Below, one piece after another: positions 37,637-51,286 of a DNA stretch of 64,000 bases. The stretch is from positions 248,001 to 312,000 of the forward strand of contig QPGO01000093.1 in the NCBI GenBank assembly GCA_008632985.1, given 5' to 3'. The stretch is from Psammoneis japonica. Lineage: Eukaryota. Numbering within the stretch: position 1 is the first letter of the stretch; the number at the start of each line of letters is the position of its first letter. Both the position numbers and the translations under genes were made by a program. The notes beneath the pieces are model-generated. The model was given only the letters and a program-made list of their open reading frames with translations. It ran no database searches and had not been told where the DNA came from.

Positions 37637-37812
37637 GTTCTAGAATGTCCCACTCTAGAGCCATTTTAGTTCTAGAATGCCATGTTCCAGAGCTGTTCAA
37701 TTCTTGAGTGTCACATTCTAGAGCTGCGCAATTCCAAAGTGTCACATTCCAAAACTGTTTGATTCCAGAGTGTGTCACAATCCAGGCTGCATTTGTCCAC
37801 TCTAGAACTGCA
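37637..37812. repeat. TCTAGA-cored tandem subrepeat array 2
   Basis: Same unit family as array 1; several cores have decayed to TCCAGA. Confidence 0.8.
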
Positions 37813-39929
37813 AGCTGTCTCACAGAAGGGACAAATCATGCACAAACAAAACTTTCCCTTGTGATGCAACAAATGTCTTGCTTTTTGTTCCAAATCATGA
37901 CTTTTTTGTTGTTTGAGTCTCACAACAGTCTTTTGTGTTGGCGCTGGCAGCGTCATCATTTGCGCTGGCAGCAACCCACATTGTTGTGGTTGTCATGCCT
38001 TGAGAATCAACAGATCAAGTCGTTTCCTTTTTACAAACAAGTGCATCTTGAATGTGTTTGTCCAATGCCGAGAAGTCTTCGATCATGTCATTTCCGAAGT
38101 GTGTCATCTGGGCTGCCGTGTGTGTCATCATCAATCTTCTTGGTGGCGACACAAATGACACACTCTCACATTTTGCAGCAATGGTGTCTGAGCCGATCCA
38201 TGATGGTGTTGCAGCATGCTCTCGCATGCGTTTCACACCTCGCCGTTTGGATTGCACCTCTCTGTTGCACACATTGTGACAGAAGCAGGCATTTGCAGCC
38301 AAAACAACCAGTCCGTGTGACCAACCTGCACTCCCAAAATGATCTGGTGCCCTGGTTTTGCATGAAGTGGACTGCAGTGCTCAAGCCACTTCTAAGAAAA
38401 CCAGTGGGCTGTTCACTCTGTCTGCTTCCGACGCCAAATCCTGCACAGACCACCACCCAATGCCGCCGCAATGCCAAACCCAACTCTCCATCCGACCTCC
38501 AATGACAAATCCTGCACAGCCACACTTCGCTGCCAACATCCAACACCTCCTGCGCAGCTTCAACGAGACCTGCGTCAACGTGGTTGACTCCAACACCACA
38601 GACTGAAACGCCACCTGCTCCTGCCAGCACAATGCCACCTCCGCCATCAGCCATCAGCGATGACTCCAACATGCTGCCAGCGCAATCACCGCCAAGTGTC
38701 CCCACTTGCGCCAATGCCACTGACTGAATTGCCGGCTGCTCCAGATCCAGAGACAATGACGCCGCCTGCATCAACGTCACCATCAACAACGCCACCTGTG
38801 CCGATGCAAATGCAGCAACACTGCACACACCTCCCTCTGCCCAACCTCTGATGCTGTGAGTCCTGCAAAGACACCCACCCAGCACCGCCGCCATCACCGA
38901 ATCCATCCATGCAAAGCGCGGCCAAGCCCCTGGTGTCCCCTTTGACGAAATCACCACTGCCTCGGGCAACTCATGCTCGCTCCAACAAAGCACCCAACAC
39001 GCCACCACCTGTGTCAAGAAGACTCCATGTCGGACTGCACAACTGAACCAACATTTCTGTGGCGACTCTTGGCTGATGCGAGTCATTCAAAAATTTGCTT
39101 GAGCGTGTGTGGGACCCAAAACATTGCGAGTGTCGCACAAACACATGTCCCATGATTGTTTCATCCAAAGGAAGAAGCGATGTGAGTTTTTCATGTCGCT
39201 CGGAAAGAAAAAAATGTGAGGTGCTGAAAAGTTGAAAAGGTCATGAGATGACACTCTGCACAATGCCTCGCATGATTTTTCTGCAGCGGATGGAAGAACA
39301 GACAATGTGCCGGGCCCACAGCTGTGATGTCCCACCTTTCACGTGGTGTTCTCAGCACTGCACTCCCAGTCTTGCAGCCCCCCATTGCTGTCCAGTTCAT
39401 TGGCAACTTCTGTCAAAGCTGACATGTGCTCCTGTGTGTTCTGCTCTGTTTGCACCTTCTTGACACTCTTGTTGCAACTCTTGAGAGACATCTCTCTTGC
39501 CTCCTTGAGCTTGTCTGCTGGCTCCTGCACCAATCCTTGTTCTGTTGGCTGTTCTGAGTCTTTCTCCAACAAGGTGAATGTGCTCAAGCCATTGTCTGCA
39601 TCCTTGTGCACTGCCATGGCTGTTTCTGGCATGATGCTTTTTCACACAAGTCCTCCCTTCTGGTGACAGAGTTCCCTCATTGTTGACCTCAACATCACAG
39701 TCTCTCATCAAAGCACTCTCCTTGTTGTTGCTCTTCTTGTACTCTGCATGCCACACATCAACAAAGTTGTTTTTCATGAGCATGCACCCAAAAGCTTTGG
39801 CACACAACATGTTCATCCTCATGGGGTGCAACTGCACAGTCTTGTGCTTTTGTTTGGCATCCAACCATGCCATGCATTCAGTCAACAAGCATGTTTGTTT
39901 GTTTTGTTTTGCATGCCAGAAGGTGGGTC

Positions 39930-42900
39930 AACTCTCGCTGGCCCTCAGACAGACATGCAGAGTGAGAACGCCTTGTTGATCTGTGCATTGCCCTTGTGAG
40001 ACAATGTCAAATGTGCTTGCCTGCTGAAAAAAGCATGAGAGGCTTGTGAAGCGCACAAGAGCCATGTGACCTGATCAGCTGTGCAAGCAAATGTGGCACT
40101 GGATGACTGTTTTCTGCCAGCTGTGTCAGCCAATGGCAGCAGAGCAGTTGTCAGAGTTCTTGTTGAAAGAAGAGCTCTCCAGCGGGCACAGGAGTTGCAG
40201 GGGCAGGTGCTGCATCTCACAGCCTTCCTTCTTGGCAGTGAGCAGGACTTTTTTGGCAGGCCAAGAAGGGCAAGCAAAAGCTCACTGTCACCTCACCTTG
40301 CTGAGTCAAGATGGTGCTGAGAAAATTGCCAATTTCTTCTTTGCAGCAAAGACTTTGACTTCACCATCAAGAATCCTCACATTGCCAGCATGGCCAACAG
40401 CTTCAACTTGTTTGTTGCTTGTGAGACAATGTCAATGTGCTTGCCTGCTGAAAAGCATGAGAGGCTTGTGAAGCACACAAGAGCCATGTTGTGACCTGAT
40501 CAGCTGTGCAAGCAAATGGCATTGGATGGCTGTTCTCTGCTGGTTGCATCAGCGCGCCATTGGCAGCAGAGCAGTTGTCAGAGTTCTTGTTGAAAGAAGA
40601 GCTGCTTGCACTCTCTCCGGTGGGCACAGGATTTGCAGGGGCAGGTGCTGCATCTCACAGCCTTCCTTCTTGGCAGTGCACAGGACCATTTTGGCAGACC
40701 AAGAAGGGCGATCAAAAGCTTGCTGTCACCTGGCCTTGCTGCACCCTGACGGTGCTGAGAAAATTGCCAATTTCTCCTTTGCAGCAAAGACTTTGACTTC
40801 GCCACCATCAAGAATCCCCACATTGCCAGCGTGGCCAACAGCTTCAACTTGTTTGCTGCTGGCACTTTTTGAGCTTTGTTTCTGCACCCACAGGTGTTCA
40901 ACCAACCTTCGCCACTTGTTTGTCAGGTTGTCATCCTGTCTGCAGCTGTGGCGCAGTGCAAGGCAACTGCAGTCAGAGCCTCTTTGCAGCACAAGTTCTT
41001 GTGCACAGAGCTGTGGTGGATGTGGAGCATCAGCCAGAGGTGTGTCACACAACACAGGACATCTTTGGCTGATGAAACCAAGAGAAAGCATCTCAAACTT
41101 TGCAGTGGAGAGGATGTTTTGCAACGCACAGCTGCCAATGAGAGTCGATGCATCACGGCGACGTGTTGCAGCCTTTAAATGTCACAAAGGGCGTGACAAA
41201 AATGACCTTTTGTCTGCATGCATGCTGCGTTGTGATTTCATGGCGGAGTGGTTCATCTCGCAACCATTGGGCAGGAGGCCAGGGGTTCGAAACCCTGAGT
41301 GGGAGTTGTCTGCAGCAACGTTGATCACTGTCGAACGCGCAAAACTCTGTGCAGTTCTGTGTGTTCCTTCGCACGTACCCACACTGTTCCGCCAAAACCG
41401 TGCAGTGTCAGTGCACGTCAGTAAAGAGCCGCATGGACGCGTGACACATGGGGAGGAGTGCAATGTGCAGCTGCCAACAAGAGCCAATGTGTCACGGCGA
41501 CGTGTTGCAGCCTTTAAATGTCACAAAGGGCGTGACAAAAACAACCTTTTGTCTGCATGCATGCTGCAGTTTTGCTCTGCAGTGGCGCAGCTTTTGGAGC
41601 ACCAGAGAGACAGCTGTCATGGAGGGCAAGCAACACACAACAAAGAGGAGTTGCAAATTTGTTGCAGGTCCAAAGGGGGTGCTTCCTGCAAGGAAGCAAT
41701 GCTGCTGCTTCACCTGACAATGCTTGCCACCTGTCTCCCAGTGTCGTCAGAGGAGACGCCTGAGACCATGACGTGTGTGCAGCTGAAGGAGCCAGTGTGC
41801 GCTTCAAGTGCACGGGAACAGCTTCCAGCTGCGCACAGGCAGCTGTGCACTGATGAGAAAATTCTCTTGATTTTTTCCTTGAGCAGGGGTTTCATCCAAA
41901 GGATCACTTGAGAAAAAATCAAGGGGTGGCTTTGCCGCAAAAGAATTGAAGCAGTTGCGTTTCTTGTCCAAGAGAGAAAGCAAGACCCCTGATGATGGCA
42001 CTCTGTGTCACTTTGCAAGGCACCATGCATCAGATTCAAAATCAAACAGGAAAGAAAGCTCTCCTCTCAGTGAGCCAAGCTTCAAAATGATGCTCAAGAA
42101 CTGCTTGCTGCACACAGTACATCATGTCCAAAAATTGCAGCTTCAGAAAATGACAAAAAACTGGCAAAGTGGGAAATGATGACCACTTTGCAACAAATTC
42201 AACTTCATGACATGAAACCATTTGGAAGCTTCTCCATGATCTCTGTTGCCTTGTTGGGCGACTCTGAAAGTGCAGTGCTGCTGTGGCATTGTGCCCATCA
42301 GATCTTTGTCCTTCAAATTTGGGAGCCTGCTGCAAGAACCCCCCAGCTCATTCAGCTCAGGACAAGTGGGCAAACCTCCCTTTCACAACCACTCAAAAGA
42401 TCCAGCAAAGAACAGATTTGGGAATTCCACACCCTGTGTGGGTGGTTGCAAAGATCAACCTTCCACTGCAGCAGTGTTGTTGGTGCCAAAGGTGTTTGGT
42501 GTGCTGGAAAACCCCAACATGATGCAGGTTTGGAAAGACACAAAAAGTCTTGCCAATGCTGCAAAGGTGTTTGGCACATTGGAGAACACCAAATCATTGA
42601 CTTGGATGGCCTCTCTGGGCACATCAGGTTGCAGCTGGTTTGTTTTGGATTGTTGCACTCATTGCAAAAACAAGTGGTGCACAGAGCCAGATCACAGTCA
42701 CAACCCAATGTGATTTTGCCACAGACAATTTTGTGCTTCTTGTTGTGCAGCTCAGTGAGGCAGTGTGGCATGCTGCAGATGCAGCCTGGTTTGATGCAAC
42801 ATGCTGAAGGGCAAGATCTTTCTTCTTCTTCTTCTTCTTCTTCCCTGGCATTTGACTGACCCCTCTGCAAAGACACAAGAGCCCCTTGAATGGAGCCAGA

Positions 42901-45285
42901 ATTGCCAACAAAAAAAGCCAGATGTCCTCTTTGTGCATGCCATCTCTGTGACTCAGATGGGGGCATCTTGCTTTTCTGTCCCCTTTGACTGGCTGGCCTT
43001 CTGGCCAACATGCCTTGCAACTCTTGTGCTGAATGATCAGCTGGGTTGTGCTGGTGTGTGACAGCTGGTTGTTTCTGAACCTGTGACATGATGCCTGTCT
43101 GGATGACTTTGTTGCCCATGCATTGGGCCCAAATCTGCACATCTGACCAGGTGCCTGGTTTTTGCATTCCTTGTCATCTTTGTTGGGAGCATGCACTGCA
43201 ACCCCCTGTCTCTCTGTTCTGCCATCTTTTTGCAGATGTGGCCTTCCACAGCTGAAATGCACCATGGTGAGTGTGGCTGTTGCAGACAGCAAAAATCCAG
43301 ACCTTGGCTCAGCTTTGCTCATTGACTCTGTCCAGCATCCAATTGGCACACATCAACTGCTTCCTGCAGCAATGACCAGTCAGGTTTGGAGGGGTGTGTC
43401 TAGCTTTTTCATCCAAAAACAGCTGGGCTCACATTTCATCACTCCGCTCCAGCACTCTGGAGTTGTCTTTGTTCTGACTCCCACTGCAACATCCTGACAG
43501 CATTGCTGCACTCAACCATTTCTGACAAAGGCCAGTTTTTCAGAGGTGCTCACATTTGCAGCAGAGCTTGGAAAACACCTTCATTGGGAGTGTGACATCC
43601 ATGGCAGCTCAGCTGGTGCTGAAGAGTGGTTGCTTGCAACAGAGTTGCCAGAGCAACTCAATCCAAGATTGGGTTGCCAGCCCCCAAAGCCTGTAAAAAT
43701 TCAAAGTGAAGAGCTGGCCCACAAAATGCTCTGCTTCTGGAGTTGTTGTTTTGAGAGCTTGGCAGAGCTCCAGACCCATTGCTGAGGGCAGTTTGCTCTG
43801 TTGAAAAGGAGCACTTCCAGCTTTGCCAGTCTCCAAGTCCATTGAATCTCCACAGTGCTAAAAAATGCAACACCTTCATTGAGCGAGAGTGGGCAGAGCC
43901 CAGAAAGGGCAGTGCTGCCTCAAGCTTTAAACAAGGGTTTTTGCATCTGTGTGGGCACCCCCTTTTTGTCATCAAAGCAGTTGCCAGTGGGCACTCCAGC
44001 AACTTTGGAACACCTCCTGTCAGCAACAGCAGCAACTCTGCATGGGTGAGGTGACCACATTGCACCTCATCACCCCACTCCACTTTGTGACCTTTGCTTG
44101 CATTGCACCTCTGCCTTTGCCCTCAAGTTGCCATCCACAGTGACCCACACCATCTGCAAAAACTTTCCTTGCTTCCTGGGCCTCTGTGGCTGGTCAAAGG
44201 TGTCATTCTGCCTCTTTGCAACCCAGGAGGGGGACACCACCTGGCATTTGCTCTGTCATCTCCATTGTCTGGCAGCACTGTCTGTTGGTTTCCCACACCA
44301 CTTGAAAGGGGCCAGCAGCCAGAAGCTTTCATCTGACCCAAGTGCTTGTCCAGCAGCAGCACACTCTCTCCCTTCCCCCAACAGTCAACCGCATGCTGAG
44401 TGCCACCAGAGTGCCACCACCTTCTTGCAATGGGTTGCCTTGCCACCTGCTGACATGTCTGGCAGATCTGCGCCATCCACAAATGTGTGGAAGGTGCAGC
44501 GCTCATTTTGTGTCTGTTTCTAAAAGGCCGCATTGCTTTGATTTTGCTGCTTTGTTTTTCACATCAGCTGTCATGATGTTTGACAATTGACTTCATGGCT
44601 GGACACAAAGGCAAAGTTTTGAAAAGTCAAAAACCAAAGTTTTCTGGGCCAATTTTGACAATTTGAGGTAACTCATTTTGAAAAATGGGCTCTTTGGAGC
44701 TGCTCTGAGATCTTTTGTCTTGGGCATCGTGTGCCACAGACCACGGGGGTTGGGAGAATGCACAATTGTCTGTGTGGCTGTGGATCTTGCAATGGGTGGG
44801 CCTTGATCTGAGCTGAGGGCATCAGATGTTCACCGGTCATTTTGTGCACACATGCGCACAAAACAACAGACTGTCTCTGTGTGCCTCTGGAGCATGCCAC
44901 CCAGAGGCTCACTCCACAACTTCTGAGCTGCTGGTTGGAAGCAGTGCCAAAGGAGGCAAAAACAGCAAAAACAGCCAGTGCTTCTGCAGAGCCTCGGGCC
45001 AAGCCTCTGCCAAGTGAGCATGGGGCAAGTGACAAGCTGGGGCAGCCACCCACAGCTTCAAAGTGTGGCTTTGCTGTTGTGTTGTGGCAAGCGTGCTGGT
45101 GCTGCTCTGACCCAGACCATTGCGCCACTTCATTCATTTTTTTGACATCTCATGCACTGATGTCACTTTGTGAGCCATGCATCCATTTTATTGCTTCAAA
45201 TCTTGAAAAGTGTCTGTTTCATTTGGTTTCATGCGTTTGTTGTGTTTTGTTTGAAAATTTCAAACGGCATGGCATTTTTGAAGCC
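39930..45285. repeat. Copy A of a ~5.4-kb directly duplicated unit, with an internal tandem duplication (39997-40415 / 40418-40860)
   Basis: Collinear matches: 39930-40230 with 45750-46050; 41630-41985 with 46070-46400; 41985-43570 with 48370-50070; 44970-45285 with 50440-50710 plus 51290-51415. Confidence 0.8.
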
Positions 45286-46759
45286 ACCATGCAAACCACA
45301 TGCTGGTCATGGTGCACAACCAAGTCACAGGGCTGGAACATGTCAGCATGATGTTCCTTGCACATGACAGAATGCAAAGGCACAGCAAGTTTCCTGCCAG
45401 GAAAGATGGGAAGCTGGCTGGTGCTGGCATCAGCAACATCTTGGAAAGCCCTCCTCAATTAAGAGCACCAGGCATCTCATGGCTGTGCTGATTGTGTCAT
45501 GTGAAGACACACACATTGATCTGTTTTCAGCACCCTGCAAACAAGAATGCACAGCCAGGGATGGGGTGACACACTCTCAGCTTCCAGGGCACACAGGGTG
45601 CTCAAAACCACAGAGCTTCTTGGACACCTCTGTGCAATCAGAGATCCATCCAGCACAGAAAATCAAACACCCAGGTCAGGAGACAGATGTTGGGTCATGC
45701 CTGTTTTGACACACAAAAAAATCCAGCAAAGTCTGAACCCATGTGGCAGTCAACTTTTGCTGGCCCTCAGATGGAAATGCAGAGTGAGGATGCCTTGCTG
45801 ATCTGTGCAGTGCCCTTGAGACAATGTCAAACGCACTTGCCTGCTGGAACATGGGAGGCTTGTGAAGCATGCAAGAGCCATGTGACCTGATCAGCTGTGC
45901 AACAAGCAAGCTGGCTTTGGACAGCTCTGTTTTCTGTGGTCACATTGGCGCAGCTGCAATTGCTGGAGTTTTTGTTGAAAGAAGAGCTCATTGTGCATCC
46001 TCTGCAACTGGCACAGGAGTCATGGGGACTGGTGCTGCATCTCACAGCCTTCCTTGGTTTTGGGGTCATCCAGCGCACAATCAACCCACAGCACAACAGC
46101 AACCCTGTTAAAAGAGTTGCCCAAATTTGTTGAACAATGCTTGCTGCCTGTCTCTTGCCATCACATGAGACATTTGAGATCATGGTGTGTGCGCGGTTGA
46201 AGGGGCCAGTGTGCTTCAAGTGCACAGGCACACTTTCCGGCAATGCAGAACTGCAAACTGATGCAAATTGTCTTGATTTTTTCCTTGCGCAGGGGCTTCA
46301 TCCACAAAGGATTGCTTGAGAAAAAATCAAAGGGGTGGCTTTGCCGTGCTGAAAAATTAAAAAAAGATTGAAAAAGTTGCATTTCTTGCCCAAGAGAGAT
46401 GTTGCAGTTTCACAGCTTGCTGCCCAGTGTGCATTTGGTCTCACTGACCCCAAATTCATCATGTGGCTTTCAAACACATTCCAGTGCTGTCAACCTCTGT
46501 TGCCACATTGGCCGGGTGCAAAAGCCAAAAGGTGAGCACAAGACCCACTCAATCCAAGTTGCAAACGCAAATTTGCCACATTGATCACAATTGTCAATGT
46601 GTCTTCCACTGCAACTTTGTTTGTCTCTGTCCCACAAAATCTGCCTCCAACCCCAATGTTCCAAAACACTCCTTTGCACAAGCCATCAATCGACTGGCCT
46701 TGTGTGTGTCAAACACAGGAGGACAACACTTGGAATCCATGCCACAATCCAATGCCACA

Positions 46760-47900
46760 TCGACTGTTCCGCCAATTCCCATGGTCTGCATCATCCAACT
46801 CCATCAACAAATGACTGTTGTCAGGACAATCCTTTCTCACATGCCCAACCTCATTGTGTTTCCAGCATCCAGTCTGCTTCTTCTTCTTGTGTGCAAAACT
46901 TGTGCCTTCCTCAGGTTTTTTGTTGGTCCTGCTGGTGTCCAACAACCACCTGTGGTGCCTCCTTGGCTGAACTGGGACAAATGTCACCCCCCAATGTGAG
47001 CTGCTGATGAAGGTCTTTCAAGACATGCCAACATTCCTTGGCACCTTCCACTGGCATCACCGCTGACAAGAGCTTGTTCCTTTCTTTGTTCCAGGTGTCA
47101 CAGGCTTCCTTGCTGAACCCATCTTGTCTCTCAGCAATTTCTTCCAGGATGGTCCTGCCATGGGACATCTCTGCTGCTTCAGCCATGTTCACAAACCAAT
47201 TGTGATGATCTTGAAGTGCCTCTCCCTTGTCTTGACAAATGAGGGCCAACTGCTTCAAAGCCTTGACAGCCTGGGCATGCAAGTTTGTCTTCTCATTTGC
47301 ATCAAACAAGATTGACTTGAGAACATCCAGCAGTGCCGCCACTCCCCGCTCCTCAGCAACTCTTGCAAACTCTGCCACTCCTTCAATTTTGTGATGAATG
47401 GCCTTTGCACATTGCCCCACAATTGTGCTGAACACCCTCACCTTCTGCATCTTGCAGACCATGTTCTGTTTGGCACAGTGACCACATTGCTTGCCCCCAG
47501 ATTGCCTTGTCCTTCTTTGACAACATGGTGTCTCCCAATGGACAATCCAGATCTGTTGGCATGCTCTCCTGCCTCACAGATGCCAACACCTGCATCTTGT
47601 CTGGCCCAAACATTCTTCCAACAACACTCAACAATCTTCCTCATGGTTTCCATGTGACCTCTGCCTGTCATCCTAACTTGGCAATGGTGTCATGCACCCA
47701 CTCCTTCAAATCTTTTGTGCTTTTGCACTCAGCTGTGTCCTTGCCCATGTTTTCTGGGACTTGTGTTGGAGTTTTGCTGCTTGCCAACTGCTGCACACTC
47801 TGTCTTGCCAGCCCCAACATGGCCTCACCACACCCTCTTCAGCAGACCCTTGGCAGCTTCTTTGACAGCAAGGCCCTCAGAGATTGTTTCTTTGCCCTCA
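46760..47900 (-). mobile_element. Ty1/copia (CoDi-like) gag relic
   Basis: KVRVFSTIVGQCAKAI..KIE...LLDVLKSI...Q..GE.LQD(HH)NWF, followed by a degenerate zinc knuckle CWKHNEVGHVRKDCP. Confidence 0.7.
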
Positions 47901-47943
47901 TCCAGCTGACTCGCTCATCACAATCTGCCAACACAAGGCATGC

Positions 47944-48033
47944 CTTTGGATTCCTGTCAACTTCCAGCTTTTCCTTTGGATTCCTGTCAATCTCCCAGCC
48001 CTTGACTTTGGATTTCTGTCAACTTCCCAGCCT
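47944..48033. repeat. Three ~30-bp tandem repeats (CTTTGGATTCCTGTCAACTTCCCAGC-like)
   Basis: Read directly; lies at the 5' side of the gag relic. Confidence 0.85.
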
Positions 48034-50726
48034 TTCAACAACACCACTCCTTTGAGTGTAATGCCATGCCTTTTTAGCTTGTCCCATGTTGTCAGAGTTT
48101 CACAGCTTGCTGACCACCACATGTGTGTTTTTGGTCTTGCCAACCCCAAACACACCATGTGGCTCACAAACACATTGCTGATGGTGCTGTCAGCTGCTGT
48201 TGCCATGTTGTGCAGAAGCAAAATGAAGTGAGCACAAGACCCACAAGAACTCAACCAGAGTCATGAAAGCAAATTTGCCACATTGTCCACAGTTGACAGT
48301 GTGTCTTGCTTCCATTGCAACTTTGTCTGTCTGTCCTGCAAAAAGTGCCTCTGACCACAATGTTCTGACAAAAGAAAGCAGTGCCCTTGATGATGATGGT
48401 GCTGTGCATTGCTTTGAAAGGCACCAGGCATCAGATTCAAAATCAAACAGGGGACCTGCTCTCTCAGCCAGCCAAGCTTCAGCACAATGCTGAAGAGCTG
48501 CTTGCTCTGGACACAGCCTGTGTCCAAAAATTGCAACTTCAGAAATGACAAAAAACCAACAAAATGGGAAATTACAAATTTGCAACAAACCCAACTTCAT
48601 GGTGTGAAACCATTTGGAAGGCAGCTTCTCCACAATCTCTGCTGCCTCATTGGGTGACTCTGAAAGCACCAAGCTGCTGTTGCATGGCTTTGTGCCCATC
48701 AGGTCCTTTTCCTTCACCAAATTTGGACACCTGCTGCAAACCAGTCACTCAGCTCAGGACAAGTGGGCAAACCTTTCTTTCACAATCACTCAAAAGATCC
48801 AGCAAAGAACAGGTTTGGAAATTCCACCCCCTGCATTGGTGATTGGAAAGGTCAATCTTTTGCTGCACACTGCCACACCCGCAGACTGTTTTTTTGGGCA
48901 AAGAACTTTGTGCAGCTTGAGAAAATTGTCTCAGGATCAAAACCAGCATGAGGTCCTCTTCTTGGTGCCAAAGGCATTTGGTGGTGCACTGGAAAAACCC
49001 AACATTTCACAGGCTTGGAAAGACTGATGAAAGTTTTGCCAGTGCTGCAAAGGTGTTTGCACATGACTTGAGAACACCAAATCATCAATTTGGATGACAT
49101 GGGTTGCCCACATGTTTGGCGTTTGGCGGTTGGGTCTCAATCCAATGGACTGACTGTGTCTCCTCCCTGCACCCATCAGATTGAAGTTTGGATCATCACA
49201 ATCATTGCAGAAACATGTGGTGCACAGAGCCAGATTGCAGCCACAACCCAACTTGGTTTGGCCTCAGCCAGACAGTTTTGTGTGTTTGTTGCATGGCTCA
49301 TGCAGCAGCAAGGCAGTGTGGCATGCTGCAGATGCAGCCTGGTTTGATGCAATGAGGAGCAAGATCTTTCCTCTTCCCTGACAATTGATTGACCCCTCTG
49401 CAATCCAATGGAGCCAGAATCATCACAGCTGCAGCCAGCAGCCAGATCATCTTTTTGCAAGATTTCTCCATGACTCAGATGGCAGTGTCTTCTCTGTCCC
49501 CTTTCTTGACTGGCTGAACCTCTGGCCAACTTGTCACACAACTGCTGTGGATGATCAGCTGGATTGTTGCATGGCTGCCAGTTGCTCCTGAACCCACGGC
49601 ACATCTTTCTCAACAATTTGCTGCCCACGCATCATTGGACCCAAATCTGCCATCCAACTGAGTCATGGGGTGCTTTCATTGTCATCTTTGTTGAGGGTGT
49701 GCACTGCAAACCTCTGCCTCTGTCTTGTTGTCTTTGCAGATGTGGGTTCTCCACAGCCAACAAACACCAAACAGTGAATGTTTCTGTCACAGGCAACAAC
49801 CCTGACCTTGGCACAGCTTCAAGCACTGACTCTGTCCAATGCCCAAGTGGTCTGCATCAATTGCTTCCTGCCACACAATGACCAACCAGGTTTGGAGGGG
49901 TGTCCAGCTTCATCAAAAGACAGCCAGGTTCATGTTTCATCACTCCATCCCTGAGTGCTCCAGAGTTGTCTTTGTCCCATCTCCCGTTGCAACATCCGAC
50001 ATTGTTGCTGCGCTCAACTGTTTGTGACAAAGGCCATTTTTTCAGAGGTGCTCACCTTTGTGGCAGAGTTTGCAAAACAACTCATGCAGTCTGTTGGAAC
50101 ATTGGGGCTGGAGAGGCAGTTTTCACATGACAGAGAGACAAGCTGCAGCTTGAGATGTGCTGGCGGCAATTGTGGACAGCATGGCAAGTTTGGTGCACTT
50201 GCAGCTCAGATTGAGTTGCGGGTCTTGTGCTCACATTTTGGCTTCTGCACCCAGTTGACATGGCAATGACAGCTGGCAACATCTGCCAATGTGCTTGCAA
50301 GCAACGCAGCTGGGCGTCACAGGAGGCGAGACCAAACGCGCGCCAGTTGGCAAGCTGTGAAACCCCGAAACTGTCAGAAAACATGGCGCCATCCTCCCAA
50401 AGTTTGTGAGAGCTCACGCAGCTGGCAATGGCAACTCAACTGCTTTTGCAGAGCCTTGGGCCGAGGAGCTTCTGTGAAGTGAGTGCAGAAGTGACTGGCT
50501 GGGGCAGCCACCCACAAAAACTCCAAAGCATGGCTTTGCGCTGTTGTGTTGTGATGTGCACACTGGTGCTCTGACACCACCCAGAGTTGTGTGTTGAAAG
50601 CAAAGCCAGGTGCAGCTGAGCTTGCCACAGTCGCCAGCCACAGAAGGCTGGGCAGTTTTTGAGATTGAAGTGGAGCGTGTGCACTGGCAGACCTTTGCAC
50701 CACTTTGTTTTTTGCTTTGCTTGCTA

Positions 50727-51286
50727 CCCTGCACAAGAAGTCTGGAATGTTGAACTGCGTAGAAACCGTCGTAGAATCAGCACCAGGGTGGTCAAAAAAG
50801 TCTGGAATATCCGATTTTGACAGAAAACACGTAGAATCTGGTGTAGAGTCAGTACCAGGAATATCCAGAAAAACACGAAAAATCCCGCTATTCCAGACTT
50901 TATTGGCTTTTCTGGTACAAATTCTACCCTTGTGTCCAGCTTTGGCCAAAGTTGGCCACATATCCGGGTTTTCCTTGGTACATATTCAGCGTACATTCTA
51001 CGCAGTTGGCCAACATCGACTCGAGCTCCGATGACTGGTTTCAGATTTTGCGGCCGGCTCGCGCGAATTTTTCGTTTTTCGACGTTTATTATGCAGCATT
51101 TCTGTTTGAAAATGTCCACAATTATGTTGTATTTTATTCATTATATATATGTTAGCACTCGCCACTACACGTTTGTACCAAAGCACACGTAGGGCAGATC
51201 GCTTCACCGAGCTCGATTCGAACGAAATCCCGTTTAACTGGACTCAAGGCTACGCAGGAATGATATTCCAGACTTTTTGTATCGGG
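50727..51286. mobile_element. MITE with TA target-site duplication (Tc1/mariner-type TSD) and ~35-bp imperfect TIRs
   Basis: Left end TA|CCCTGCACAAGAAGTCTGGAATGT...TGCGTAG; right end reverse complement CCCGATACAAAAAGTCTGGAATAT...TGCGTAG, followed by TA at 51287-51288. Internal AAGTCTGGAAT subrepeats. It splits sequence homologous to 45110-45285. Confidence 0.8.

Noticed and set aside
32110..50720. Dense overlapping Cys/His-rich ORFs in all six frames (e.g. 40526-41911, 461 aa)
   Set aside because: An artefact of losing TAA/TAG stops and Tyr codons through TpA erasure; not real genes, and not an alternative genetic code, since flanking genes use the standard code.
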